From assembly GCA_032718475.1 (NCBI GenBank), contig JAUCBJ010004893.1, positions 206,677-270,676 of the forward strand: DNA of 64,000 nucleotides, in the 5' to 3' direction. Below are positions 39,210 to 52,212 of the stretch, piece after piece. The notes under the pieces are model-generated. The model worked only from the letters and a program-made list of their open reading frames with translations, was not told the DNA's origin and ran no database searches. Each line of letters opens with the position of its first letter. The stretch's first letter is position 1. This stretch comes from Nemertoderma westbladi. Its lineage: Eukaryota > Animalia > Xenacoelomorpha. The position numbers and the translations under genes are program-made.

Positions 39210-42200
39210 TAGCACCACCATCCGCGGGACCAACCTGCGAACGGCAGTCACACACTCGTTGTAGCACACACCAAGTCACATACAAATGTAGCCCTAACCC
39301 GCGAACGGCAGTCACACACTCGTTGTAGCACACACCAAGTCACATACAAATGTAGCCCCAACCCGCGAACGGCAGTCACACACTCGTTGTAGCACACACC
39401 AAGTCACATACAAATGTAGCACCACCATCCGCGGGACCAACCCGCGAACGGCAGTCACACACTCGTTGTAGCACACACCAAGTCACATACAAATGTAGCC
39501 CTAACCCGCGAACGGCAGTCACACACTCGTTGTAGCACACACCAAGTCACATACAAATGTAGCCCCAACCCGCGAACGGCAGTCACACACTCGTTGTAGC
39601 ACACACCAAGACACATACAAATGTAGCCCCAACCCGCAAACGGCAGTCACACACTCGTTGTAGCACACACCAAGTCACATACAAATGTAGCCCCAACCCG
39701 CGAACGGCAGTCACACACTCGTTGTAGCACACACCAAGTCACATACAAATGTAGCCCTAACCCGCGAACGGCAGTCACACACTCGTTGTAGCACACACCA
39801 AGTCACATACAAATGTAGCACCACCATCCGCGGGACCAACCCGCGAACGGCAGTCACACACTCGTTGTAGCACACACCAAGTCACATACAAATGTAGCCC
39901 TAACCCGCGAACGGCAGTCACACACTCGTTGTAGCACACACCAAGTCACATACAAATGTAGCCCCAACCCGCAAACGGCAGTCACACACTCGTTGTAGCA
40001 CACACCAAGTCACATACAAATGTAGCCCCAACCCGCGAACGGCAGTCACACACTCGTTGTAGCACACACCAAGTCACATACAAATGTAGCCCCAACCCGC
40101 GAACGGCAGTCACACACTCGTTGTAGCACACACCAAACCAAGTCACATACAAATGTAGCCCCAACCCGCGAACGGCAGTCACACACTCGTTGTAGCACAC
40201 ACCAAGTCACATACAAATGTAGCACCACCATCCGCGGGACCAACCCGCGAACGGCAGTCACACACTCGCTGTAGCACACACCAAGTCACATACAAATGTA
40301 GCCCCAACCCGCGAACGGCAGTCACACACTCGTTGTAGCACACACCAAGTCACATACAAATGTAGCACCACCATCCGCGGGACCAACCCGCGAACGGCAG
40401 TCACACACTCGCTGTAGCACACACCAAGTCACATACAAATGTAGCCCCAACCCGCGAACGACAGTCACACACTCGTTGTAGCACACACCAAGTCACATAC
40501 AATTGTAGCCCCAACCAGCGAACGGAAGTCACACACTCGTTGTAGCACACACCAAGTCACATACAAATGTAGCCCCAACCCGCGAACGGCAGTCACACAC
40601 TCGTTGTAGCACACACCAAGTCACATACAAATGTAGCACCACCATCCGCGGGACCAACCCGCGAACGGCAGTCACACACTCGCTGTAGCACACACCAAGT
40701 CACATACAAATGTAGCCCCAACCCGCGAACGGCAGTCACACACTCGTTGTAGCACACACCAAGTCACATACAAATGTAGCACCACCATCCGCGGGACCAA
40801 CCCGCGAACGGCAGTCACACACTCGTTGTAGCACACACCAAGTCACATACAAATGTAGCCCCAACCCGCGAACGGCAGTCACACACTCGTTGTAGCACAC
40901 ACCAAGTCACATACAAATGTAGCACCACCATCCGCGGGACCAACCCGCGAACGGCAGTCACACACTCGTTGTAGCACACACCAAGTCACATACAAATGTA
41001 GCCCCAACCCGCGAACGGCAGTCACACACGCGTTGTAGCACACACCAAGTCACATACAAATGTAGCACCACCATCCGCGGGACCAACCCGCGAACGGCAG
41101 TCACACACTCGTTGTAGCACACACCAAGTCACATACAAATGTAGCCCCAACCCGCGAACGGCAGTCACACACTCGTTGTAGCACACACCAAGTCACATAC
41201 AAATGTAGCACCACCATCCGCGGGACCAACCCGTGAACGACAGTCACACACTCGTTGTAGCACACACCAAGTCACATACAAATGTAGCCCCAACCCGCGA
41301 ACGGCAGTCACACACTCGTTGTAGCACACACCAAGTCACATACAAATGTAGCACCACCATCAGCGGGACCAACCCGTGAACGACAGTCACATACTCGTTG
41401 TAGCACACACCAAGTCACATACAAATGTAGCACCACCATCCGCGGGACCAACCCGTGAACGACAGTCACATACTCGTTGTAGCACACACCAAGTCACATA
41501 CAAACGTAGCCCCAACCCGCGAACGGCAGTCACACACTCGTTGTAGCACACACCAAGTCACATACAAATGTAGCCCTAACCCGCGAACGGCAGTCACATA
41601 CTCGTTGTAGCACACACCAAGTCACATACAAATGTAGCACCACCATCCGCGGGACCAACCCGCGAACGGCAGTCACACACTCGTTGTAGCACACACCAAG
41701 TCACATACAAATGTAGCCCCAACCCGCGAACGGCAGTCACACACTCGTTGTAGCACACACCAAGTCACATACAAATGTAGCACCACCATCCGCGGGACCA
41801 ACCCGCGAACGGCAGTCACACACTCGTTGTAGCACACACCAAGTCACATACAAATGTAGCCCCAACCCGCGAACGGCAGTCACACACTCGTTGTAGCACA
41901 CACCAAGTCACATACAAATGTAGCACCACCATCCGCAGGACCAACCCGCGAACGGCAGTCACACACTCGCTGTAGCACACACCAAGTCACATACAAATGT
42001 AGCCCCAACCCGCGAACGGCAGTCACACACTCGTTGTAGCACACACCAAGTCACATACAAATGTAGCTCACCATCCGCGGGACCAACCCGCGAACGGCAG
42101 TCACACACTCGTTGTAGCACACACCAAGTCACATACAAATGTAGCCCCAACCCGCGAACGGCAGTCACACACTCGTTGTAGCACACACCAAGTCACATAC

Positions 42201-45200
42201 AAATGTAGCACCACCATCCGCGGGACCAACCCGTGAACGACAGTCACACACTCGTTGTAGCACACACCAAGTCACATACAAATGTAGCCCCAACCCGCGA
42301 ACGGCAGTCACACACTCGTTGTAGCACACACCAAGTCACATACAAATGTAGCACCACCATCAGCGGGACCAACCCGTGAACGACAGTCACATACTCGTTG
42401 TAGCACACACCAAGTCACATACAAATGTAGCACCACCATCCGCGGGACCAACCCGTGAACGACAGTCACATACTCGTTGTAGCACACACCAAGTCACATA
42501 CAAACGTAGCCCCAACCCGCGAACGGCAGTCACACACTCGTTGTAGCACACACCAAGTCACATACAAATGTAGCCCTAACCCGCGAACGGCAGTCACATA
42601 CTCGTTGTAGCACACACCAAGTCACATACAAATGTAGCACCACCATCCGCGGGACCAACCCGCGAACGGCAGTCACACACTCGTTGTAGCACACACCAAG
42701 TCACATACAAATGTAGCCCCAACCCGCGAACGGCAGTCACACACTCGTTGTAGCACACACCAAGACACATACAAATGTAGCCCTAACCCGCGAACGGCAG
42801 TCACACACTCGTTGTAGCACACACCAAGTCACATACAAATGTAGCCCCAACCCGCGAACGGCAGTCACACACTCGTTGTAGCACACACCAAGTCACATAC
42901 AAATGTAGCCCCAACCCGCGAACGGCAGTCACACACTCGTTGTAGCACACACCAAGTCACATACAAATGTAGCCCCAACCCGCGAACGGCAGTCACACAC
43001 TCGTTGTAGCACACACCAAGTCACATACAAATGTAGCACCACCATCCGCGGGACCAACCCGCGAACGGCAGTCACACACTCGTTGTAGCACACACCAAGT
43101 CACATACAAATGTAGCCCTAACCCGCGAACGGCAGTCACACACTCGTTGTAGCACACACCAAGTCACATACAAATGTAGCCCTAACCCGCGAACGGCAGT
43201 CACACACTCGTTGTAGCACACACCAAGTCACATACAAATGTAGCCCTAACCCGCGAACGGCAGTCACACACTCGTTGTAGCACACACCAAGTCACATACA
43301 AATGTAGCCCCAACCCGCGAACGGCAGTCACACACTCGTTGTAGAACACACCAAGTCACATACAAATGTAGCCCTAACCCGCGAACGGCTGTCACACACT
43401 CGCTGAAGCACACACCAAGTCACATACAAATGTAGCCCTAACCCGCGAACGGCAGTCACACACTCGTTGTAGCACACACCAAGTCACATACAAATGTAGC
43501 CCCAACCCGCGAACGACAGTCACACACACCAAGTCACATACAAATGTAGCCCTAACCCGCGAACGGCAGTCACACACTCGTTGTAGCACACACCAAGTCA
43601 CATACAAATGTAGCCCCAACCCGCGAACGGCAGTCACACACTCGTTGTAGCACACACCAAGTCACATACAAATGTAGCACCACCATCCGCGGGACCAACC
43701 CGCGAACGGCAGTCACACACTCGTTGTAGCACACACCAAGTCACATACAAATGTAGCCCCAACCCGCGAACGGCAGTCACACACTCGTTGTAGCACACAC
43801 CAAGTCACATACAAATGTAGCACACCATCCGCGGGACCAACCCGCGAACGGCAGTCACACACTCGTTGTAGCACACACCAAGTCACATACAAATGTAGCC
43901 CCTAACCCGCGAACGGCAGTCACACACTCGTTGTAGCACACACCAAGTCACATACAAATGTAGCCCCAACCCGCGAACGGCAGTCACACACTCGTTGTAG
44001 CACACACCAAGTCACATACAAATGTAGCCCCAACCCGCGAACGGCAGTCACACACTCGTTGTAGCACACACCAAGTCACATACAAATGTAGCCCCAACCC
44101 GCGAACGGCAGTCACACACTCGTTGTAGCCACACCACCAAGTCACATACAAATGTAGCCCCAACCCGCGAACGGCAGTCACACACTCGTTGTAGCACACA
44201 CCAAGTCACATACAAATGTAGCACCACCATCCGCGGACCAACCCGCGAACGGCAGTCACACACTCGCTGTAGCACACACCAAGTCACATACAAATGTAGC
44301 CCCAACCCGCGAACGGCAGTCACACACTCGTTGTAGCACACACCAAGTCACATACAAATGTAGCACCACCATCCGCGGGACCAACCCGCGAACGGCAGTC
44401 ACACACTCGCTGTAGCACACACCAAGTCACATACAAATGTAGCCCCAACCCGCGAACGACAGTCACACACTCGTTGTAGCACACACCAAGTCACATACAA
44501 TTGTAGCCCCAACCAGCGAACGGCAGTCACACACTCGTTGTAGCACACACCAAGTCACATACAAATGTAGCCCCAACCCGCGAACGGCAGTCACACACTC
44601 GTTGTAGCACACACCAAGTCACATACAAATGTAGCACCACCATCCGCGGGACCAACCCGCGAACGGCAGTCACACACTCGCTGTAGCACACACCAAGTCA
44701 CATACAAATGTAGCCCCAACCCGCGAACGGCAGTCACACACTCGTTGTAGCACACACCAAGTCACATACAAATGTAGCACCACCATCCGCGGGACCAACC
44801 CGCGAACGGCAGTCACACACTCGTTGTAGCACACACCAAGTCACATACAAATGTAGCCCCAACCCGCGAACGGCAGTCACACACTCGTTGTAGCACACAC
44901 CAAGTCACATACAAATGTAGCACCACCATCCGCGGGACCAACCCGCGAACGGCAGTCACACACTCGTTGTAGCACACACCAAGTCACATACAAATGTAGC
45001 CCCAACCCGCGAACGGCAGTCACACACGCGTTGTAGCACACACCAAGTCACATACAAATGTAGCACCACCATCCGCGGGACCAACCCGCGAACGGCAGTC
45101 ACACACTCGTTGTAGCACACACCAAGTCACATACAAATGTAGCCCCAACCCGCGAACGGCAGTCACACACTCGTTGTAGCACACACCAAGTCACATACAA

Positions 45201-48200
45201 ATGTAGCACCACCATCCGCGGGACCAACCCGTGAACGACAGTCACACACTCGTTGTAGCACACACCAAGTCACATACAAATGTAGCCCCAACCCGCGAAC
45301 GGCAGTCACACACTCGTTGTAGCACACACCAAGTCACATACAAATGTAGCACCACCATCAGCGGGACCAACCCGTGAACGACAGTCACATACTCGTTGTA
45401 GCACACACCAAGTCACATACAAATGTAGCACCACCATCCGCGGGACCAACCCGTGAACGACAGTCACATACTCGTTGTAGCACACACCAAGTCACATACA
45501 AACGTAGCCCCAACCCGCGAACGGCAGTCACACACTCGTTGTAGCACACACCAAGTCACATACAAATGTAGCCCTAACCCGCGAACGGCAGTCACATACT
45601 CGTTGTAGCACACACCAAGTCACATACAAATGTAGCACCACCATCCGCGGGACCAACCCGCGAACGGCAGTCACACACTCGTTGTAGCACACACCAAGTC
45701 ACATACAAATGTAGCCCCAACCCGCGAACGGCAGTCACACACTCGTTGTAGCACACACCAAGTCACATACAAATGTAGCACCACCATCCGCGGGACCAAC
45801 CCGCGAACGGCAGTCACACACTCGTTGTAGCACACACCAAGTCACATACAAATGTAGCCCCAACCCGCGAACGGCAGTCACACACTCGTTGTAGCACACA
45901 CCAAGTCACATACAAATGTAGCACCACCATCCGCAGGACCAACCCGCGAACGGCAGTCACACACTCGCTGTAGCACACACCAAGTCACATACCAATGTAG
46001 CCCCAACCCGCGAACGGCAGTCACACACTCGTTGTAGCACACACCAAGTCACATACAAATGTAGCTCACCATCCGCGGGACCAACCCGCGAACGGCAGTC
46101 ACACACTCGTTGTAGCACACACCAAGTCACATACAAATGTAGCCCCAACCCGCGAACGGCAGTCACACACTCGTTGTAGCACACACCAAGTCACATACAA
46201 ATGTAGCACCACCATCCGCGGGACCAACCCGTGAACGACAGTCACACACTCGTTGTAGCACACACCAAGTCACATACAAATGTAGCCCCAACCCGCGAAC
46301 GGCAGTCACACACTCGTTGTAGCACACACCAAGTCACATACAAATGTAGCACCACCATCAGCGGGACCAACCCGTGAACGACAGTCACATACTCGTTGTA
46401 GCACACACCAAGTCACATACAAATGTAGCACCACCATCCGCGGGACCAACCCGTGAACGACAGTCACATACTCGTTGTAGCACACACCAAGTCACATACA
46501 AACGTAGCCCCAACCCGCGAACGGCAGTCACACACTCGTTGTAGCACACACCAAGTCACATACAAATGTAGCCCTAACCCGCGAACGGCAGTCACATACT
46601 CGTTGTAGCACACACCAAGTCACATACAAATGTAGCACCACCATCCGCGGGACCAACCCGCGAACGGCAGTCACACACTCGTTGTAGCACACACCAAGTC
46701 ACATACAAATGTAGCCCCAACCCGCGAACGGCAGTCACACACTCGTTGTAGCACACACCAAGACACATACAAATGTAGCCCTAACCCGCGAACGGCAGTC
46801 ACACACTCGTTGTAGCACACACCAAGTCACATACAAATGTAGCCCCAACCCGCGAACGGCAGTCACACACTCGTTGTAGCACACACCAAGTCACATACAA
46901 ATGTAGCCCCAACCCGCGAACGGCAGTCACACACTCGTTGTAGCACACACCAAGTCACATACAAATGTAGCCCCAACCCGCGAACGGCAGTCACACACTC
47001 GTTGTAGCACACACCAAGTCACATACAAATGTAGCACCACTATCCGCGGGACCAACCCGCGAACGGCAGTCACACACTCGTTGTAGCACACACCAAGTCA
47101 CATACAAATGTAGCCCTAACCCGCGAACGGCAGTCACACACTCGTTGTAGCACACACCAAGTCACATACAAATGTAGCCCTAACCCGCGAACGGCAGTCA
47201 CACACTCGTTGTAGCACACACCAAGTCACATACAAATGTAGCCCTAACCCGCGAACGGCAGTCACACACTCGTTGTAGCACACACCAAGTCACATACAAA
47301 TGTAGCCCCAACCCGCGAACGGCAGTCACACACTCGTTGTAGAACACACCAAGTCACATACAAATGTAGCCCTAACCCGCGAACGGCTGTCACACACTCG
47401 CTGAAGCACACACCAAGTCACATACAAATGTAGCCCTAACCCGCGAACGGCAGTCACACACTCGTTGTAGCACACACCAAGTCACATACAAATGTAGCCC
47501 CAACCCGCGAACGACAGTCACACACACCAAGTCACATACAAATGTAGCCCTAACCCGCGAACGGCAGTCACACACTCGTTGTAGCACACACCAAGTCACA
47601 TACAAATGTAGCCCCAACCCGCGAACGACAGTCACATTCTCGTTGTAGCACACACCAAGTCACATACAAATGTAGCACCACCATCCGCGGGACCAACCCG
47701 CGAACGGCAGTCACACACTCGTTGTAGCACACACCAAGTCACATACAAATGTAGCCCCAACCCGCGAACGGCAGTCACACACTCGTTGTAGAACACACCA
47801 AGTCACATACAAATGTAGCCCTAACCCGCGAACGACAGTCACATACTCGTTGTAGCACACACCAAGTCACATACAAATGTAGCACCACCATCCGCGGGAC
47901 CAACCCGCGAACGGCAGTCACACACTCGTTGTAGCACACACCAAGTCACATATAAATGTAGCCCCAACCCGCGAACGGCAGTCACACACTCGTTGTAGAA
48001 CACACCAAGTCACATACAAATGTAGCCCTAACCCGCGAACGGCAGTCACACACTCGTTGTAGCACACACCAAGTCACATACAAATGTAGCCCCAACCCGC
48101 GAACGGCAGTCACACACTCGTTGTAGCACACACCAAGTCACATACAAATGTAGCCCCAACCCGCGAACGACAGTCACATACTCGTTGTAGCACACACCAA

Positions 48201-50373
48201 GTCACATACAAATGTAGCCCTAACCCGCGAACGGCAGTCACACACTCGTTGTAGCACACACCAAGTCACATACAAATGTAGCCCTAACCCGCGAACGGCA
48301 GTCACACACTCGCTGTAGCACACACCAAGTCACATACAAATGTAGCCCTAACCCGCGAACGGCAGTCACACACTCGTTGTAGCACACACCAAGTCATATA
48401 CAAATGTAGCCCCAACCCGCGAACGACAGTCACATACTCGTTGTAGCACACACCAAGTCACATACAAATGTAGCCCTAACCCGCGAACGGCAGTCACACA
48501 CTCGTTGTAGCACACACCAAGTCACATACAAATGTAGCCCCAACCCGCGAACGGCAGTCACACACTCGTTGTACCACACACCAAGTCACATACAAATGTA
48601 GCACCACCATCCGCGGGACCAACCCGCGAACGGCAGTCACACACTCGTTGTAGCACACACCAAGTCACATACAAATGTAGCCCTAACCCGCGAACGGCAG
48701 TCACACACTCGTTGTAGCACACACCAAGTCACATACAAATGTAGCACCACCATCCGCGGGACCAACCCGCGAACGGCAGTCACACACTCGCTGTAGCACA
48801 CACCAAGTCACATACAAATGTAGCCCCAACCCGCGAACGGCAGTCACACACTCGTTGTAGCACACACCAAGTCACATACAAATGTAGCACCACCATCCGC
48901 GGGACCAACCCGCGAACGGCAGTCACACACTCGTTGTAGCACACACCAAGTCACATACGAATGTAGCACCACCATCCGCGGGACCAACCCGCGAACGGCA
49001 GTCACACACTCGTTGTAGCACACACCAAGTCACATACAAATGTAGCCCTAACCCGCGAACGGCAGTCACACACTCGTTGTAGCACACACCAAGTCACATA
49101 CAAATGTAGCCCCAACCCGCGAACGGCAGTCACACACTCGTTGTAGCACACACTAAGTCACATACAAATGTAGCACCACCATCCGCGGGACCAACCCGCG
49201 AACGGCAGTCACACACTCGTTGTAGCACACACCAAGTCACATACAAATGTAGCCCCAACCCGCGAACGGCAGTCACATACTCGTTGTAGCACACACCAAG
49301 TCACATACAAATGTAGCACCACCATCCGCGGGACCAACCCGTGAACGACAGTCACACACTCGTTGTAGCACACACCAAGTCACATACAAATGTAGCCCCA
49401 ACCCGCGAACGACAGTCACATACTCGTTGTAGCACACACCAAGTCACATACAAATGTAGCCCTAACCCGCGAACGACAGTCACATACTCGTTGTAGCACA
49501 CACCAAGTCACATACAAATGTAGCACCACCATCCGCGGGACCAACCCGTGAACGACAGTCACACACTCGTTGTAGCACACACCAAGTCACATACAAATGT
49601 AGCCCCAACCCGCGAACGACAGTCACATACTCGTTGTAGCACACACCAAGTCACATACAAATGTAGCCCCAACCCGCGAACGACAGTCACATACTCGTTG
49701 TAGCACACACCAAGTCACATACATATGTAGCCCCAACCCGCGAACGACAGTCACATACTCGTTGTAGCACACACCAAGTCACATACAAATGTAGCCCCAA
49801 CCCGCGAACGACAGTCACATACTCGTTGTAGCACACACCAAGTCACATACAAATGTAGCCCCAACCCGCGAACGGCAGTCACACACTCGTTGTAGCACAC
49901 ACCAAGTCACATACAAATGTAGCCCCAACCCGCGAACGACAGTCACATACTCGTTGTAGCACACACCAAGTCACATACAAATGTAGCCCCAACCCGCGAA
50001 CGACAGTCACATACTCGTTGTAGCACACACCAAGTCACATACAAATGTAGCCCCAACCCGCGAACGACAGTCACATACTCGTTGTAGCACACACCAAGTC
50101 ACATACAAATGTAGCCCCAACCCGCGAACGACAGTCACATACTCGTTGTAGCACACACCAAGTCACATACAAATGTAGCCCCAACCCGCGAACGACAGTC
50201 ACATACTCGTTGTAGCACACACCAAGTCACATACAAATGTAGCCCCAACCCGCGAACGACAGTCACATACTCGTTGTAGCACACACCAAGTCACATACAA
50301 ATGTAGCCCCAACCCGCGAACGGCAGTCACACACTCGTTGTAGCACACACCAAGTCACATACAAATGTAGCAC
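39210..50373 (-). repeat. 11-kb array of mixed 64-bp and 79-bp units (~160 copies) with higher-order duplications
   Basis: + strand core AACCCGCGAACGGCAGTCACACACTCGTTGTAGCACACACCAAGTCACATACAAATGTAGC followed by CCY or ACCACCATCCGCGGGACC; TAGCAC at both ends. Confidence 0.95.
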
Positions 50374-50412
50374 AATTCCAGGATCACTAATTACTATTGC
50401 CAAGACGAACAT
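50314..50412 (-). CDS. Probable first coding exon (signal peptide) of the otoancorin-like gene
   Basis: MFVLAIVISDPGIVLHLYVTWCVLQRVCDC-RSR runs from unique DNA into the first array unit (another in-frame ATG at 50439). Phase-0 donor CGG|GTTGGG is weak but fits the phase-0 acceptor at 37453. Confidence 0.5.
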
Positions 50413-50437
50413 CCTCTTATAATTAGAATTACAAGAC

Positions 50438-50450
50438 ATTACCTAGCAAC
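50438..50450. promoter_or_regulatory. RFX X-box-like site in a short divergent intergenic region
   Basis: ATTACCTAGCAAC, one mismatch from GTTACCTAGCAAC, ~190 bp upstream of the ATG of a predicted ciliary gene. Confidence 0.55.
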
Positions 50451-50640
50451 CAAATAAACACATTAATAATTTATTGATCGAGATATTAATCGATACGGGA
50501 GTAGTAAGTAGCATATCATATTGATTTAAAAGCGATCAATTTAATATAAGTCGATTATAGCTAATAATATATAATAATTAAACATAAACAGTTAAAAAAT
50601 TTAAAAAATTTAAAATCAATAAATTTCTAACTTTAATACG

Positions 50641-52212
50641 ATGAATGTGGCTTGGTATAACTCTATAAACCCAACGATATCTCGTAAACGTATAGTAACA
50701 GAGCGATACAACCCTGACTCCTACAGGGTTCTCTTCGACCTTGGTCTTGATAAGTCGCCGGCGATCCAACGCGACCCGGTTGCTAGACAACGCGGTCGGT
50801 ATCCATGGGAACCGGAAAGCGAACCGGACGTCTGGCGCTCCCACTACCGGAACCGGCCGGCCCCCAAAGATGTGGAACTCTTGAGTAACAACGCGAGAAC
50901 CCTCTCCGAACCAGTCCCCAAGGTCCACACGGCAGCCACGGAAGGCGAGGACGGTAGATGGTGGCCCCACAGGTCCAACAAGGAGGTCCAAGTGAGACCC
51001 AACTACGACTACAGCACCACGAATAGGAGCCACTACTCCGAGTGGAAAACCGTCCCTACAGCGGCCGGTCGTCATGGCAACAACCCAAACAAACTGCCGC
51101 CGCTAGGGGGCGCACCGGTGACCAGGATCCGACGAGGTGGGCCAGCCAGACTGGAGGAGAAGGTCTCCTACCAACACCAGTACGACGCGCGCAAATGGGA
51201 CAACTACCCCCCAGCGGGCCGCCGCCAGGGGGCGCTAGTGTGGGACGTGTTCCATCCGGGAGACAGCCAATACGTAGAGCTGTACAGCACAGCGGCGATG
51301 TCAAACACCGACGCTAGGAGGCGTAAGCTATGGAAGGAGCAGGAGCAGGTGATACCAATGAACTTCGCCTACGAACCTGACAGTCGGGGACTGAACAAAT
51401 ACAATCGGGTCCCGGACATTAAATCTCCGGAAACGGTTGCCACGGAAACACGAGATGGCGTCATCCAATCAGCAAGTGAACCCAATACTAAAAACGAGGC
51501 CATTCACTACGAGGGAGTACCGAACCAAAGTACAGCTGAGGAAATAGTTGGGGGGATGTACGCTGATATTCCACCAGCTGATATTCCACGCCCTGCAGTG
51601 TCGGAAGAATATAGCGGAAGTAGAGAAATTCCAACAGAATATTACCCCAATGATATTCAACCTCGATATCCAAGTAATGATATCCAACATGAATATCTAC
51701 GTAATGATATACAACAGGAATATCACGCCAATGTAATGCCGCAAGAATATCACAGTAATGATAAACCACAGGAATATCACGCTAATGGAATGCCGCAAGA
51801 ATATCACAGTAATGATATACCACAGGAATATCACACTAATGGAATGCCGCAAGAATATCACAGCAATGATATACCACAGGAATATCCCGCTAATGGAATG
51901 CCGCAAGAATATCACAGTAATGATATACCACAGGAATATTACTCTAATGGAATGCCGCAAGAATATCACAGCAATGATATACCACAGGAATATCACTCTA
52001 ATGGAATGCCGCAAGAATATTATCCAAATGATATACCTAGTCAGGAATCCCAAGACCTGGGTTACATTCCGGAACAAGACTTTAATAAATCCACTAATAT
52101 TTCTAGTTTGGATGCCGGGGTGACAAACGGAAGGCCTTTACGAGTTCAGTTTGAAGATCCCGCGAATAACGACGGAGAAATAACGAGTACACAGACCGCC
52201 GCCAGCCCCTAA
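50641..52212 (+). CDS. CIMIP6: C2orf73/CIMIP6-like ciliary microtubule inner protein with acidic repeat C-terminal extension; single ORF
   Basis: NNARTLSEP, G.WWPH, P.YD..TT.RS.Y and E.VSYQHQYDARK..NYP..GRRQGALV follow the order I recall for human C2orf73 ([53 protein letters not shown]). Confidence 0.75.
   Translation: MNVAWYNSINPTISRKRIVTERYNPDSYRVLFDLGLDKSPAIQRDPVARQRGRYPWEPESEPDVWRSHYRNRPAPKDVELLSNNARTLSEPVPKVHTAATEGEDGRWWPHRSNKEVQVRPNYDYSTTNRSHYSEWKTVPTAAGRHGNNPNKLPPLGGAPVTRIRRGGPARLEEKVSYQHQYDARKWDNYPPAGRRQGALVWDVFHPGDSQYVELYSTAAMSNTDARRRKLWKEQEQVIPMNFAYEPDSRGLNKYNRVPDIKSPETVATETRDGVIQSASEPNTKNEAIHYEGVPNQSTAEEIVGGMYADIPPADIPRPAVSEEYSGSREIPTEYYPNDIQPRYPSNDIQHEYLRNDIQQEYHANVMPQEYHSNDKPQEYHANGMPQEYHSNDIPQEYHTNGMPQEYHSNDIPQEYPANGMPQEYHSNDIPQEYYSNGMPQEYHSNDIPQEYHSNGMPQEYYPNDIPSQESQDLGYIPEQDFNKSTNISSLDAGVTNGRPLRVQFEDPANNDGEITSTQTAASP
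51630..52040 (+). repeat. Coding 27-bp repeat alternating PQEYHSNDI and PQEYHANGM (~15 units)
   Basis: In-frame 9-aa units forming a 54-bp dimer, more degenerate towards the 5' side. Confidence 0.9.
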
